From the NCBI GenBank assembly GCA_963809895.1, contig CAWELD010000004.1, positions 160,001 to 224,000 on the forward strand: a stretch of DNA of 64,000 nt, read 5' to 3'. Position numbers and translations under genes: made by a program. This DNA comes from an uncultured Gemmatimonadales bacterium (GTDB taxonomy: Bacteria > Gemmatimonadota > Gemmatimonadetes > Longimicrobiales > Gaopeijiaceae). The first letter of the stretch is position 1; every line of letters starts with the position of its first letter. Below, in pieces: positions 38,767-48,810 of the stretch. A model generated the notes under the pieces. It had not been told where the DNA came from, ran no database searches, and saw only the letters and a list, made by a program, of their open reading frames with translations.

Positions 38767-41397
38767 TCAATCCCAGCGCAGCGTCGTGGCGGGGTTGCCT
38801 CGCGTGGCGCCGCGCACCGGAAGCCAACTGGCGATGCATGCCACCAGAGCGAGAAGGCACGCCACGATGGCGATGATTCCCGGGTCCGTGGGGCTGATCC
38901 CCCAGACCAGGCTTGCGAGGAAGCGGGCCACAGCGAGGGCACCCAGCACACCCACGGCCAGCCCCAGCAGCACCGGCCGCATGCTCTCCACCACGATGCG
39001 CAAGGTGAGCCCGGCGCGGCCGGCTCCCAGCGCCATGCGTATGCCGACTTCCCGGGTCCGACGCGCCACGCGGTAGGACACCACGCCGTAGATCCCGAAT
39101 GCCGTCAGCACCAGGGCCACCAGAGCGAACGCCGTCATGAGGAGCGCGTGGAACCGCTCCGGAGCCATGGCGGCCACCACCACCTCGTCCAGCGAGCCCA
39201 ACTCGGGCTCGGGGAGTCCCGGAGCCACCTCGGCCACCACGGCCCGGATGCGCTCCATGGCCGTGCGGGTGTCGCGTGCCCGTACCAGCAGAATGGGCAT
39301 GCCCGCCAGGTTCTCGGGCACCTGCGCCAGCGGCACCAACACCGTCGCCCTCGCACCCCGTTTGAGCGAGGACTCCCGCACGTCACCGATCACCCCGACG
39401 ATCTCCGCCGGCGCGACCTCGAAGGCCGGCGCCAGGTAGCGACCGCGGAAGCGCCCGATCTCCACCCGCCGCCCGAGCACCTCTCCGTCCGGGAAGTACT
39501 GCTCCGCGAACGCCTGATTGACCAGCACCACCGGTGGCGCGTCGACGCCGTCGTCATCGGTGAACTCCCGTCCCTGGACGAGCTCGATGCCCAGCGCGGT
39601 GGCGTAGTCCGGCGCCACGGCACGCCACTCCAGGGAATGCCCCTCGTCGTCACGGCCGGGAACCGCCATGGGGAGGTTGAGGCCGCGCTCCAGAGGAAGT
39701 GTCGAGGTCGCCGACACGGACAGGATCGCCGGGTCTGCGCCCAGCCTCTCCGACAGGCGCCGTTCGAGCTCCGCCATGTCGCGCGCGTCATCGAAGGTCC
39801 CCGGCAAGCGGCTCAGCCGCGCCGTCACCACCCCCGCCGACACGAATCCCGGGTCGACCGATCGCAGCTCACGCAGCGTGCCGATGAGCACGCCCGCGCC
39901 CACCAGCAGGACCATGGACAGGCCGGCCTCCATGGCCAGCAGCATGCTGCGCCCCGCGGCTCGCGAGTTGCCGCCGGCGCGCCGCAGCTCCAACGCGCCG
40001 GAACTCCGCGAGCCCGCGATGGCGGCCCCCAGGCTGGCACCGAGGCCCGTCGCCAGGGTCACGACGCCGCTGAAGAGGAGGACGGTGCCGTTGAGCTCCA
40101 GGCGCTGGGTCCGTGGCAGGCGCTCCGGCGAGAGTGCCAGCAGCGCGTCCACCCCCCAGCGCGCCAGCAGGAATCCCCCGAGACCCGCCAGCGCGGCAAG
40201 CAGCACGCCCTCGGACACGACCTGCCTCATGATTCGTCCCCGCGAAGCGCCCAGGGCGGCACGCACCGCCATCTCCTCACGGCGGTCCGAGGCCCGAGCG
40301 AGCATGAGGTTGGCGACGTTGAGGGCCGCGATGAGGAGGACCGCGCTCACCGCCGCGAAGAGCACCCACAGCGTGCCGGCCAGGTCTCCCACGAAGAGCT
40401 CCTGATAGGTCGCGAGGCGCATGCCGCGGTCGCCCTCGGACACCAGATCCGGGTGCTGGGCGCGGAACGCCCGCGAGACACGCGCCAGGTCTTCCTGCGC
40501 CGTCTCTCGCGAGACACCTGGCCGAAGGCGCGCCAGGACCGGGTAGTTCTCGCCGGCGTCACGGGGATCCGGGTCCAGATGGAGCGGCGTCAGGAAGTCC
40601 GTGTAGTCGGCGTTCTCCGGAAAGACGAAGTCCGGGGGCAGCACGCCCACCACGGTGAACGGGTCCCCGTCCAGCCACGCGGTCCGACCCACGACCCGGG
40701 GATCCGCGCCGAAGTGATCCCTCCAGAGCGCGTCGCTCAGCACGATGACCTGCGGCCCCCCGGGCAGGTCGTCGTCGGGCGAGATGCCGGACCCCAGGGT
40801 CGGGACGTAGCCCAGGGTGGAGAGAAACGAGGCGGTTACCCGCATGCCGCGGACCCGCCCTCCCTGGCCGGCCTCACCCAGGAAGCCGCCGGTGCCCCGA
40901 TAGGTCGCCACCTGCTCCAGCGTGCGCGCGTTGTCCCTCCAGTACTGGTACTGGAATGCCGTCATGTACCCACGAAGGTCGTCGCGGCGCTCCCAGGCGA
41001 GATGCGTGAAGCGTTCCCCGGCGGGAAAGGGCAGCGGTCGCAGCACCACGGCGTCCACCACCGTGAAGATGGCGCTGGTGGCCCCGATCCCCAGCGCGAG
41101 GGTGAGGCCCGCGACCAGGGTGAAGCGGGGCGATTTGACCAGGGCGCGCGCGCCGTATCGCAGATCCTGCCCCATTCCCCGCACGCCCCCGCCCGAGGCC
41201 CCCGAGAAGCGTTCGTAGACTCCTCGTCGCAGCAGATCCCAGAGCCCCAGGAATCCCACCACCAGCCGGGCGCCCGCACCGCCGGCCTCTCGCATGCGGC
41301 CGAGGTAGAGCGCCTGCATCGCGTCGCCGTGCTTCCGCCTGAGTGCCCGCGGCAACGCGTGGAGACCGACCCGGTACAGCCAACGCCAGATCATCAC
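38767..41397 (-). CDS. ADOP-type permease #4 with 'LYR..LP..R.K.G..M' N-terminal prefix
   Basis: [22 protein letters not shown] prefix; [46 protein letters not shown] overlap with padR. Confidence 0.88.
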   Translation of the reverse strand: MMIWRWLYRVGLHALPRALRRKHGDAMQALYLGRMREAGGAGARLVVGFLGLWDLLRRGVYERFSGASGGGVRGMGQDLRYGARALVKSPRFTLVAGLTLALGIGATSAIFTVVDAVVLRPLPFPAGERFTHLAWERRDDLRGYMTAFQYQYWRDNARTLEQVATYRGTGGFLGEAGQGGRVRGMRVTASFLSTLGYVPTLGSGISPDDDLPGGPQVIVLSDALWRDHFGADPRVVGRTAWLDGDPFTVVGVLPPDFVFPENADYTDFLTPLHLDPDPRDAGENYPVLARLRPGVSRETAQEDLARVSRAFRAQHPDLVSEGDRGMRLATYQELFVGDLAGTLWVLFAAVSAVLLIAALNVANLMLARASDRREEMAVRAALGASRGRIMRQVVSEGVLLAALAGLGGFLLARWGVDALLALSPERLPRTQRLELNGTVLLFSGVVTLATGLGASLGAAIAGSRSSGALELRRAGGNSRAAGRSMLLAMEAGLSMVLLVGAGVLIGTLRELRSVDPGFVSAGVVTARLSRLPGTFDDARDMAELERRLSERLGADPAILSVSATSTLPLERGLNLPMAVPGRDDEGHSLEWRAVAPDYATALGIELVQGREFTDDDGVDAPPVVLVNQAFAEQYFPDGEVLGRRVEIGRFRGRYLAPAFEVAPAEIVGVIGDVRESSLKRGARATVLVPLAQVPENLAGMPILLVRARDTRTAMERIRAVVAEVAPGLPEPELGSLDEVVVAAMAPERFHALLMTAFALVALVLTAFGIYGVVSYRVARRTREVGIRMALGAGRAGLTLRIVVESMRPVLLGLAVGVLGALAVARFLASLVWGISPTDPGIIAIVACLLALVACIASWLPVRGATRGNPATTLRWD

Positions 41398-41720
41398 GCG
41401 GGCATCCCTCCGTGGCCGAGGCGCTCGCGAGCCGTGCGCGCGACGTCCTCCATGCGCTCGACGTCGGCCTTCAGCGCCTCCCGTCCCAGGGCCGTGATGC
41501 GATAGAAGCGCTCTCGCCCGCGACCGTCACCCGGTTGTTCGTCGTCCGCCAGCTCGCGGATCCAGCCCTTGGCCAGCAGCTCCTCCAGGGAGCCGTAGAG
41601 CGTCGCGGGCCACAGACGAACGGCTCCGTCGCTGAAGGCGCGCACGTCTTCCTGGATCGAAGAGCCGTAGCGGTCGGCGGACGCAAGCGAGAGAAGGATG
41701 TGGAACCAGGGCCGCTTCAT
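41394..41720 (-). CDS. PadR family regulator
   Basis: [27 protein letters not shown]-like [12 protein letters not shown]. Confidence 0.88.
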   Translation of the reverse strand: MKRPWFHILLSLASADRYGSSIQEDVRAFSDGAVRLWPATLYGSLEELLAKGWIRELADDEQPGDGRGRERFYRITALGREALKADVERMEDVARTARERLGHGGMPA

Positions 41721-41754
41721 GGGTCGCCTCGGGGTTCGGTGTGGCCGGACCTCG

Positions 41755-41791
41755 ATACGATATCATGACGTATACTATAAAACAATAGTAT
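41755..41791. promoter_or_regulatory. Putative PadR operator/promoter (AT-rich)
   Basis: Perfect ATACTAT-N6-ATAGTAT at 41772-41791 plus degenerate ATACGAT-N5-GACGTAT at 41755-41773. Confidence 0.65.
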
Positions 41792-41844
41792 TGAGGATGT
41801 GCTCGAAGTGGTGCCGCTGACGACGGGCGCGTCCGACGCTCGGC

Positions 41845-42984
41845 CTAACTCCCGCCGCCCGGGAATCCCTCCGTGGGCATGCGCGGGATGATCCTCAGGG
41901 CGTTGCCGTAGTAGACCTTCCGCAGCACCTCGTCGGGCAGGTCCATCCCGTAGAGCTTCCAGAAGGCGTGGTAGTCGCGGTAGTAGTCGAAGTACTCGTC
42001 CGCGGTCTCGAACACGCGCCAGTAGTACGGATACTCGTCGGGCTGGAAGGAGTCCTTGCCGAAGAGGATGCGGTCCTGATAGCGCGTGAAGAACTCCCGC
42101 GCGAATCGCGGTTGGCGCCCCAGGTCGTAGAGGATGGCGCCCACCTCGGCGTGGACGTTGGGGTACTTGTCGAAGAGCTCGCCGAGCTTCGCCAGGTCGT
42201 TGGCGTACCATCCCATGTGCGCCAGCACCCAGGTGGTGTTGGGATGCCTGGCCAGCATGCGCTCCCGCTCCGCCATGAGGCTGTCGAACGAGGGATAGCG
42301 GGAGCGGTCGTTGAAGCGCCGGTTGGGAAAGAGCGCCATCTCGAGCCAGCGCTCGTTGGTGTAGTCCAGCGGCTGGAAGAACTCCGCCGGATCGCCGGTG
42401 TGGATGAACACGGGAATCCCCAGGCGCGCCGCGGTCTCCCACACGACGTCCAGCTCCGGGTCGTCGAGTCTCAGCCGGCTGCCGTCCGCCTTGGTGTTGC
42501 TGAGTCCGAAGCTCTTCATGATCTCACCCACGCCCACCGCGCCGGCCCGCACGTCGGCTTCGAGCTGCCGGGCGATGCGCTCTCCCGAGCCCGGCCCCAC
42601 GTTCCTCAGATCCAGCGAAGCGAAGAAGACGAAGCGGTCCTCGAAGCCCGCGGCCTTCACCGCCTCGATCTGCCGCGTCAGCCGCTCGCCCGAGCTGGGC
42701 CTGGCCTGGACCATCACCTGCAGGTTCAGCGCGTCCATGGCGTCGATGACCCGCTGGATGTTCTCCGGCGACGACAGGTCCGGGGGATGGCCATGGAAGT
42801 CCACCGCCGGGAACCTGGCGCGGGGTACCGGATGCTCCGGCACCACCAGGGTCGAGTGAGGCTTGTACTCGACGATGCTGGGCGGGGGGATGGTAGGCTG
42901 GCGCGTCTGCGACCGCGCCGCCAACGGCGCCAGGGCGAGAGCGGCGAGAGCAACGCCGACGGGAAGAGGGCTCGGGCAGCGCAT
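41845..42984 (-). CDS. Exported amidohydrolase-2 family protein
   Basis: Signal peptide; VDFHGH, GVGE, PVFIHTGD, LAHMG, DRILFGKD, YYGNALR. Confidence 0.85.
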   Translation of the reverse strand: MRCPSPLPVGVALAALALAPLAARSQTRQPTIPPPSIVEYKPHSTLVVPEHPVPRARFPAVDFHGHPPDLSSPENIQRVIDAMDALNLQVMVQARPSSGERLTRQIEAVKAAGFEDRFVFFASLDLRNVGPGSGERIARQLEADVRAGAVGVGEIMKSFGLSNTKADGSRLRLDDPELDVVWETAARLGIPVFIHTGDPAEFFQPLDYTNERWLEMALFPNRRFNDRSRYPSFDSLMAERERMLARHPNTTWVLAHMGWYANDLAKLGELFDKYPNVHAEVGAILYDLGRQPRFAREFFTRYQDRILFGKDSFQPDEYPYYWRVFETADEYFDYYRDYHAFWKLYGMDLPDEVLRKVYYGNALRIIPRMPTEGFPGGGS

Positions 42985-43179
42985 GGTCGGATTCTCCGGC
43001 GGAAGGGTCGTTGGCCAAGCTGGGGACGGGGCCGCCCGACGAACAAGTGCATCGCCCCGTGATCCAGCCTGGTCAACGGACCTGGAACACCGCGTGTCGT
43101 CAGGGGTGGAGCCGAGCCGGCGGTGTTGGTCCGCCGGCTTCGGCCATTTTCGGCCAGTCCCAGCGAAAGGCAATCACGC

Positions 43180-44520
43180 ATGCGCTTGCGATACATACTC
43201 CAGGGCCTCGCCGCCCTGCTCCTCTTCGTCTCTCCCGCGGCCACCCGCGCTCAGGCCCCGAGCGGCAACGGAAGCTCGGACCGTCCCAACGTCTTCTTCG
43301 ACTGCGATGGACGGAACTGCAACGACGACTACTACCGCACCGAGATCGCCTGGGTGAACTGGGTGCGTGATCGGAAGGACGCCGACGTCCATCTCATCAT
43401 GACCAGCCAGACGACCGGGGCCGGCGGTCGAGAGTACCAGCTCGACTTCATCGGGGTCGGGGGATTCCAGGGCTACGAGGATCAGCTCCGCTACTCGACG
43501 CTGCCCACCGACACCGAGCGCGAGGAGCTCGACGGAATCTCGCAGGCGCTGGGCGTCGGCCTGGCCCACTTCGCCAGTGCCAACGGCTTCCGGGGGATCG
43601 TCCGCCTGGAAGGTACCGAGCCCGCGGCCGCGCAGCCGCAGACCGGCCTGGTTTCGGCCGACGAGGTCGACGATCCCTGGAACCTGTGGGTCTTCCGGGT
43701 CAACGGGAGCATGAACATCGATGGCGAGGAGACCCGCTCGACGACCCGTCTCTTCGGGGGTGTGTCGGCGAGTCGGGTCACACCCACCTGGAAAATGAAC
43801 TTCGACGGCAACGCCAACTACAACCGGCGCTCCACCGACGTGGTCCCGGACGAGGGCGATCCCTACACCTTCATCGACGAGCGCACCGACTGGAGCCTCA
43901 CCCAGCTCGTCGTCTATTCCATCGCCGACCACTGGTCGGTGGGATTCCGCTCCGAGGCGCGTCGCATGACGAGCGTGAACCAGGACTTCCGCTTCGAGTT
44001 CACGCCGGCGGTGGAGTACAGCTTCTTTCCGTACGACGAGGCGACGCGGCGATCGCTGACGGCCTTCTACCAGATCGGCCCGGCGTATCGGAACTACGCC
44101 GACACCACCCTCTACAACGAGACGGCCGAGACTCGCTGGGAAGAGGCGCTGGAGTTGGAGTTCTCGCAGCGCCAGACCTGGGGCGATGCCTCCATGCGGC
44201 TGCGGGCCTCGCACTTCCTCCATGATCTCGGTCTCTACAACGTCTCGCTACGCGGTGACGTCAACTTCCGCATCATCCGCGGCTTCAGCGTCAACGCGCG
44301 GGGTGACGTGGCCTGGGTGAAGGACCAGATCTACCTGGCCAAGGAAGGGGCCTCCACCGAGGAGCAGCTCCTCGACCTGGTGCGCCGAGCCCAGAACTTC
44401 AACTACGGCATCCAGATCGGCTTCAACATCCAGTTCGGCTCCATCTTCAATAACGTGGTGAACAACCGCTTCCGCGGCGTGGGCGGCGGCGGTGGCTTCA
44501 ACCGTGGCTTCGGGCGGTAA
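43180..44520 (+). CDS. Outer-membrane beta-barrel-like hypothetical protein
   Basis: Signal peptide; VFFDC...C, WVRDRKDADVH, DPWNLWVF, PAVEYSFFPY, FGSIFNNVVNNRF. Confidence 0.7.
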   Translation: MRLRYILQGLAALLLFVSPAATRAQAPSGNGSSDRPNVFFDCDGRNCNDDYYRTEIAWVNWVRDRKDADVHLIMTSQTTGAGGREYQLDFIGVGGFQGYEDQLRYSTLPTDTEREELDGISQALGVGLAHFASANGFRGIVRLEGTEPAAAQPQTGLVSADEVDDPWNLWVFRVNGSMNIDGEETRSTTRLFGGVSASRVTPTWKMNFDGNANYNRRSTDVVPDEGDPYTFIDERTDWSLTQLVVYSIADHWSVGFRSEARRMTSVNQDFRFEFTPAVEYSFFPYDEATRRSLTAFYQIGPAYRNYADTTLYNETAETRWEEALELEFSQRQTWGDASMRLRASHFLHDLGLYNVSLRGDVNFRIIRGFSVNARGDVAWVKDQIYLAKEGASTEEQLLDLVRRAQNFNYGIQIGFNIQFGSIFNNVVNNRFRGVGGGGGFNRGFGR

Positions 44521-44541
44521 CGTCGCCACGTAGGAGTCCAT

Positions 44542-44600
44542 GTCGCGCCGGGAGCGCCGGCGCCGCGTTGCTCGCGACGTACGGCGCTCCTGGCGACGAC
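44542..44600 (+). terminator. Long GC-rich stem-loop after stop codon
   Basis: CGCCGGGAGCGCCG pairs with CGGCGCTCCTGGCG (G-U on the plus strand), extended by bulged flanks; no U-tract. Confidence 0.45.
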
Positions 44601-44728
44601 GGGCCCCTCCTTGAGCGCGCGGGCTGGCAGGCCGAGTGGCGGCTGCGCCGCGACCCCCGCAGGGGCCGAGTTGGTGTGTTCGCCCGGCCCGGTCTGAGGT
44701 GCGGACCGGTCGTCGATGCGGACCGATC

Positions 44729-44915
44729 TGAGGTGCGGCCGTCGCTACGGTGCGACTGGAGGGCCTCTCATGGCCGATCCGTCGATTCAACTCGCTCAGC
44801 GAGTCGAACTCGACAGACCGAGAGAACGGCCGACGACCCTTTACGGATTCAACTCGCTGAGCGAGTCAAAGCGTCCAATCGCCGCTCACAGGGCCTCCAG
44901 TGGCACGTTGGCGTC
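44729..44915. repeat. Symmetric REPIN/MITE-like element, copy 2
   Basis: Palindromes at 44784-44805 and 44846-44867; inverted ends TGCGACTGGAGGGCC (44751-65) / GGGCCTCCAGTGGCA (44891-905). Confidence 0.85.
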
Positions 44916-45150
44916 GGTCGTGGAATGGCCACACGGCGTCCGGGCGGGCAGACGCGGCCTCACGGCGTCCCGGCACCCCCTGGCCGGCATCGCTTCCACC
45001 GCGTCCGGGCCACTTAGGCATCACCGTCAGGCTCGCCAGATCCCGGCGCGCGGCCCGGCACAAGCCCCACGGAACCGCGGGCATCCCAACCGGCCACCAG
45101 GCGTCCCCGCCTCCAGCCGCATGTGACTCCAACGGGGCTCGCCGCCCGGC

Positions 45151-45200
45151 TTGCACTAAACATCTTAGTGCAATAGCTTGGACTAACCATCTTAGTGTAA
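45151..45200. promoter_or_regulatory. Tandem PadR operators
   Basis: TTGCACTAA-ACATC-TTAGTGCAA (perfect, 45151-73) and TTGGACTAA-CCATC-TTAGTGTAA (45178-200), 23 bp before ATG. Confidence 0.8.
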
Positions 45201-45223
45201 GCCTCGTCCGGAGTGCGCACGAC

Positions 45224-45559
45224 ATGCCCGAGTCCCTCGGAGTGGTCCAGGGAACGCTGGAGCTCCTGGTCCTGAGAACGCTGGCGGCCGCCGAGCCGCT
45301 GCACGGCTTCGCCATCCTGGACTGGATCCGCGAGACCACGGACGAAGCCCTGATCGTCGAGGACGGCGCGCTCTATCCCGCGCTGCGGCGCATGGAAAAG
45401 CGGGGCTGGGTCGCCAGCGACTGGGGCGTGTCGGAAAAGGGACGCCGGGCCCGCTACTACACGCTCACACCCTCCGGCCGCATGGCGCTCACCCGGGAGG
45501 GCGCCCGCTGGGAGAGCTACGTGCGGGCGGTGGCCAAGTTGTCGCCGGAACGGGCGTAG
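45224..45559 (+). CDS. PadR family regulator (acidobacterial ADOP-associated type)
   Basis: QGTLELLVLRTL, HGFAI, GALYPALRRME, WGVSEKGRRARYYTLT. Confidence 0.92.
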   Translation: MPESLGVVQGTLELLVLRTLAAAEPLHGFAILDWIRETTDEALIVEDGALYPALRRMEKRGWVASDWGVSEKGRRARYYTLTPSGRMALTREGARWESYVRAVAKLSPERA

Positions 45560-45571
45560 CGGGTCAGGCGC

Positions 45572-48322
45572 ATGACCGAGCGACGGGATGGAGGAAAGGG
45601 GGAGGGCGGGGCCGACCCGCGACGTGGCCCGGTGCGATGGCTGCACCGGCTGGGGATCGCAGGGCCCGGGCCGGAGGAGTCGGCGTCTCTGGAGGTCGAG
45701 CACCACATCGCGGAGCTGGCCGACCGCCTGGTGGCGAACGAGGGTCTCGAGCCCGACGTGGCCCGCGCCGAGGCGGAGCGTCGCTTCGGCGATTCGGGAC
45801 GCTATCGGGCTTCCATGCGGCGAATGGACGCGGAGAGGATGAAGATGATGCAACGCAGCGCACGCTGGGACGTCATTCGCGAAGCGGTGGCCAACACCAT
45901 CCGGACGGCTCGCCGCTACCCGGGCTTCACGCTGGGGATCGTGCTCACCCTGGCCCTGGGGATCGGTGCCAACGCCACCATGTACGGCATCGTGGACCGG
46001 CTCCTGCTGCAGCCACCCGCGCACGTGGAGAACGCGGACCGGGTGGTGCGGATCTTCGAGCAGCGGCCGTCGTTCCTGCGACAGGACGAGCTGATCACGT
46101 CGTCGGGCCTGACCTTCCCGGACTTCGAGGATCTGAAGGCCCACCGGGGGTTCGAGCAGGTGGCGGCCCTGGCTTATCCGCAGAAGATGACCGTGGGAAG
46201 CGGCCCGGGAGCCGATCGGGTCACGGTGCTGCAGGCCACCCACGCACTGTTCCCGCTGCTGGGCGTGCAGCCCCGCCTGGGCCGATTCTACGGCCCGGAC
46301 GACGATCGGGTCGACGCGACGCTCACGGCGGTCATCAGCTCCGAGTACTGGAAGCGCGCGTACGGTGGGGACCCCAGCGTTCTGGGCAGCACGCTGGAGC
46401 TGTCGGGCCGACCCGCGACCATCATCGGCGTCGCGCCCTCCGACTTCACCGGCGTGGACCTGGCCCCCGTCGACGTCTGGCTGCCGCTGGTCACGTCGGA
46501 CCACATCACGGGCGGCGACGACTGCCGGGCCAGCCGCGGCTGCTGGTGGATCAAGGCGGTGGCCCGCCTCCGTCCGAACCAGACGCTGGCCGCGGCCGAG
46601 GAAGAGGCCACCCGACTGCATCGCAACGGCCGGCGCGAGATGATCGATCAGGGACGCTTTCCCGCCGAGGCGGCCATCGTCCTGGGTCCGCTGATCGCGG
46701 CCCAGGGCCCCGAGGCCTCGTCCGGAATCCCGGGTGGCGCGCTGGCTCGCCATCGTATCGCTCATCGTGCTGCTCGTCGCCTGCGCCAACGTGGCCAACC
46801 TCTTCCTCACCCGGTCCATGCGCCAACGAAGAGAGGTGGCCGTGCGCCTGGCCCTGGGCGTGTCCCGGCGCAGGCTGGTGGGGCAGCGGGTGCTGGAAGC
46901 GCTCCTCCTCTCCCTGGTGGGTGGTGTCGTGGCCGTGGTCCTGGCCCGCTGGGGTGGTGAGGTTCTGCGACGCACGCTCCTGCCGGGCGTGCTCTTTCCC
47001 GGTGGGGCCTCAACGTCCGGGCGCTGGGCTTCACCCTGGTCCTGTCGCTGGCGGCGGGGCTGCTCGCCGGTCTGGGCCCGGCTATCCAGAGCACACGCGC
47101 CGACGTCGCCACCGAACTGGGAGAAGGGGGCCGGGGCAGCTCGAGGCGTGGATCGCGCCTCCGGGCCGGCCTCATCGTCGCCCAGGCCGCCATGTCGGTC
47201 GTCCTGCTGGTGGGTGCCGGGCTGTTCGTGAAGAGCCTGGAACACATCCACGGACTGGACCTCGGCCTCGACGTGGACCGGCTGCTGGTGGCGGGACTCG
47301 AGTTCACGTCCAGCGATCTGGAGCCCGCAGAACGGAATGGAGTGTACCGTGACGCGATGCGCGAGCTGACGAGGCTGCCGCAGGTGGAATCCGCTACAGC
47401 CACCACAGCGCCATTCCAATGGGGGATGGCTACCAGCCTCGACATCCCCGGCGTGGACTCCATCCCCACCATGCCCGGTGGGGGACCGTACTACTACGGC
47501 GTAAGCCCGGACTACTTCGCCACCGTGGGACTGGGAGTCGTACGGGGCAGGGCGCTCACGCCGTCCGACGGCGAGACCGCAGAGAAGGTCGTGGTCGTGA
47601 GTGAGACCATGGCCGACGGCATCTGGCCCGACACCGATCCTCTGGGGGCCTGCATGGTGGTGGGCCAGGACGACGACACCTGCCGCGCGGTGGTGGGCGT
47701 CGTGCAGGACGCCGCGCGTAGCGGCTATCAGGACAGGCCTTTCATGGCGTACTACCTGCCGCTGGCGCAGCTCACCACCGAGCAGGCATCGGGGCTGTAC
47801 GTTCGGGTCCGCGGCGCTCCCGACGACGCCGTCGGCGAGGTCGCCCGCACGCTCCGATCGTTCTCGCCATTGGTGCGCTACGCCAGCGTCGAGACGCTCC
47901 AGGACCGGCTCGATCCGCAGGCCCGCTCGTGGACGCTGGGCGCTACCATGTTCAGCCTCTTCGGATTGCTGGCCCTCGTGGTGGCGGCGGTGGGCCTCTA
48001 CAGCGTGCTTGCCGTCGACGTGGCCCGCCGTACGCGGGAGTTGGGGATTCGCGCCGCGCTGGGTGCCCGACGCGCGCGCTTGCTCCGGAGCGTGCTGGTC
48101 GAAGGAACGCGACTCGCGGTGTTCGGGGTGGCGCTGGGTCTACTCGCCGCCTGGATCGCCGCACCCCGAGCCAGCGACCTCCTCTTCGAGGTGGATCCCC
48201 ACGATGTCGGCACGCTGGCGGCCGTGGCGCTGGCGTTGGTCGCCGTGGCCGTGGCGGCGAGCCTGATCCCCGGAATGCGGGCCACCCGCGTGGATCCCAG
48301 CGAGGCGCTGCGGGCGGAGTAG
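45572..48322 (+). CDS. ADOP-type permease #5 with permease-prefix domain (frameshifts near 46725 and 47005)
   Basis: LEVEHHIAELADRLVANEGLEPDVARAEAERRFGD prefix; pieces in ORFs 45572, 46734 (ACANVANL) and 47192. Confidence 0.85.
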
Positions 48323-48420
48323 ACGACGGCGGAGCCCCGTCGACGAACGGCGCGCGTCAGAATCCTCGGCGCTCACACGTATCGATTGCACACACGAGCG
48401 TTCCGACGGAGTGTATCCCG

Positions 48421-48810
48421 ATGCGTCTTCTCCGCCTTATCTCGTTCCCGGTACTGGGCCTGGTCTTCGCCCTGGCGGGCACCGCGTGCAACGACGGCCC
48501 CGCCGAGCCCGAGGCCGGCTTCGTCTCCGTCACCCTCCAGTCGCCGAACGGCCCCGAGGGTGGCGTCGTCTTCCTGGTGAAAGGGGATGCCCCGTCGCGC
48601 ATCGTGTCGCCCGGCGGCCCACTCTTCACGCGCCAGGTCGCCGACGGTACGAGGGTCGCCGTGATCCGGGATCCCGCGGGGGTTCTGGGATTTCGCATGG
48701 AGATTCCCGACGTGGGCAATCCCCCGGACGTGGAGGTCGTCGAGGTCTCGGGACCCGATGACGTGCTGCGCGCCAATCTGGATCTCTACTCCGTGGAGAT
48801 CTCCCGATGA
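48421..48810 (+). CDS. Small lipoprotein, hypothetical
   Basis: MRLLRLISFPVLGLVFALAGTAC lipobox; ATGA overlap with the M6 protease. Confidence 0.72.
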   Translation: MRLLRLISFPVLGLVFALAGTACNDGPAEPEAGFVSVTLQSPNGPEGGVVFLVKGDAPSRIVSPGGPLFTRQVADGTRVAVIRDPAGVLGFRMEIPDVGNPPDVEVVEVSGPDDVLRANLDLYSVEISR

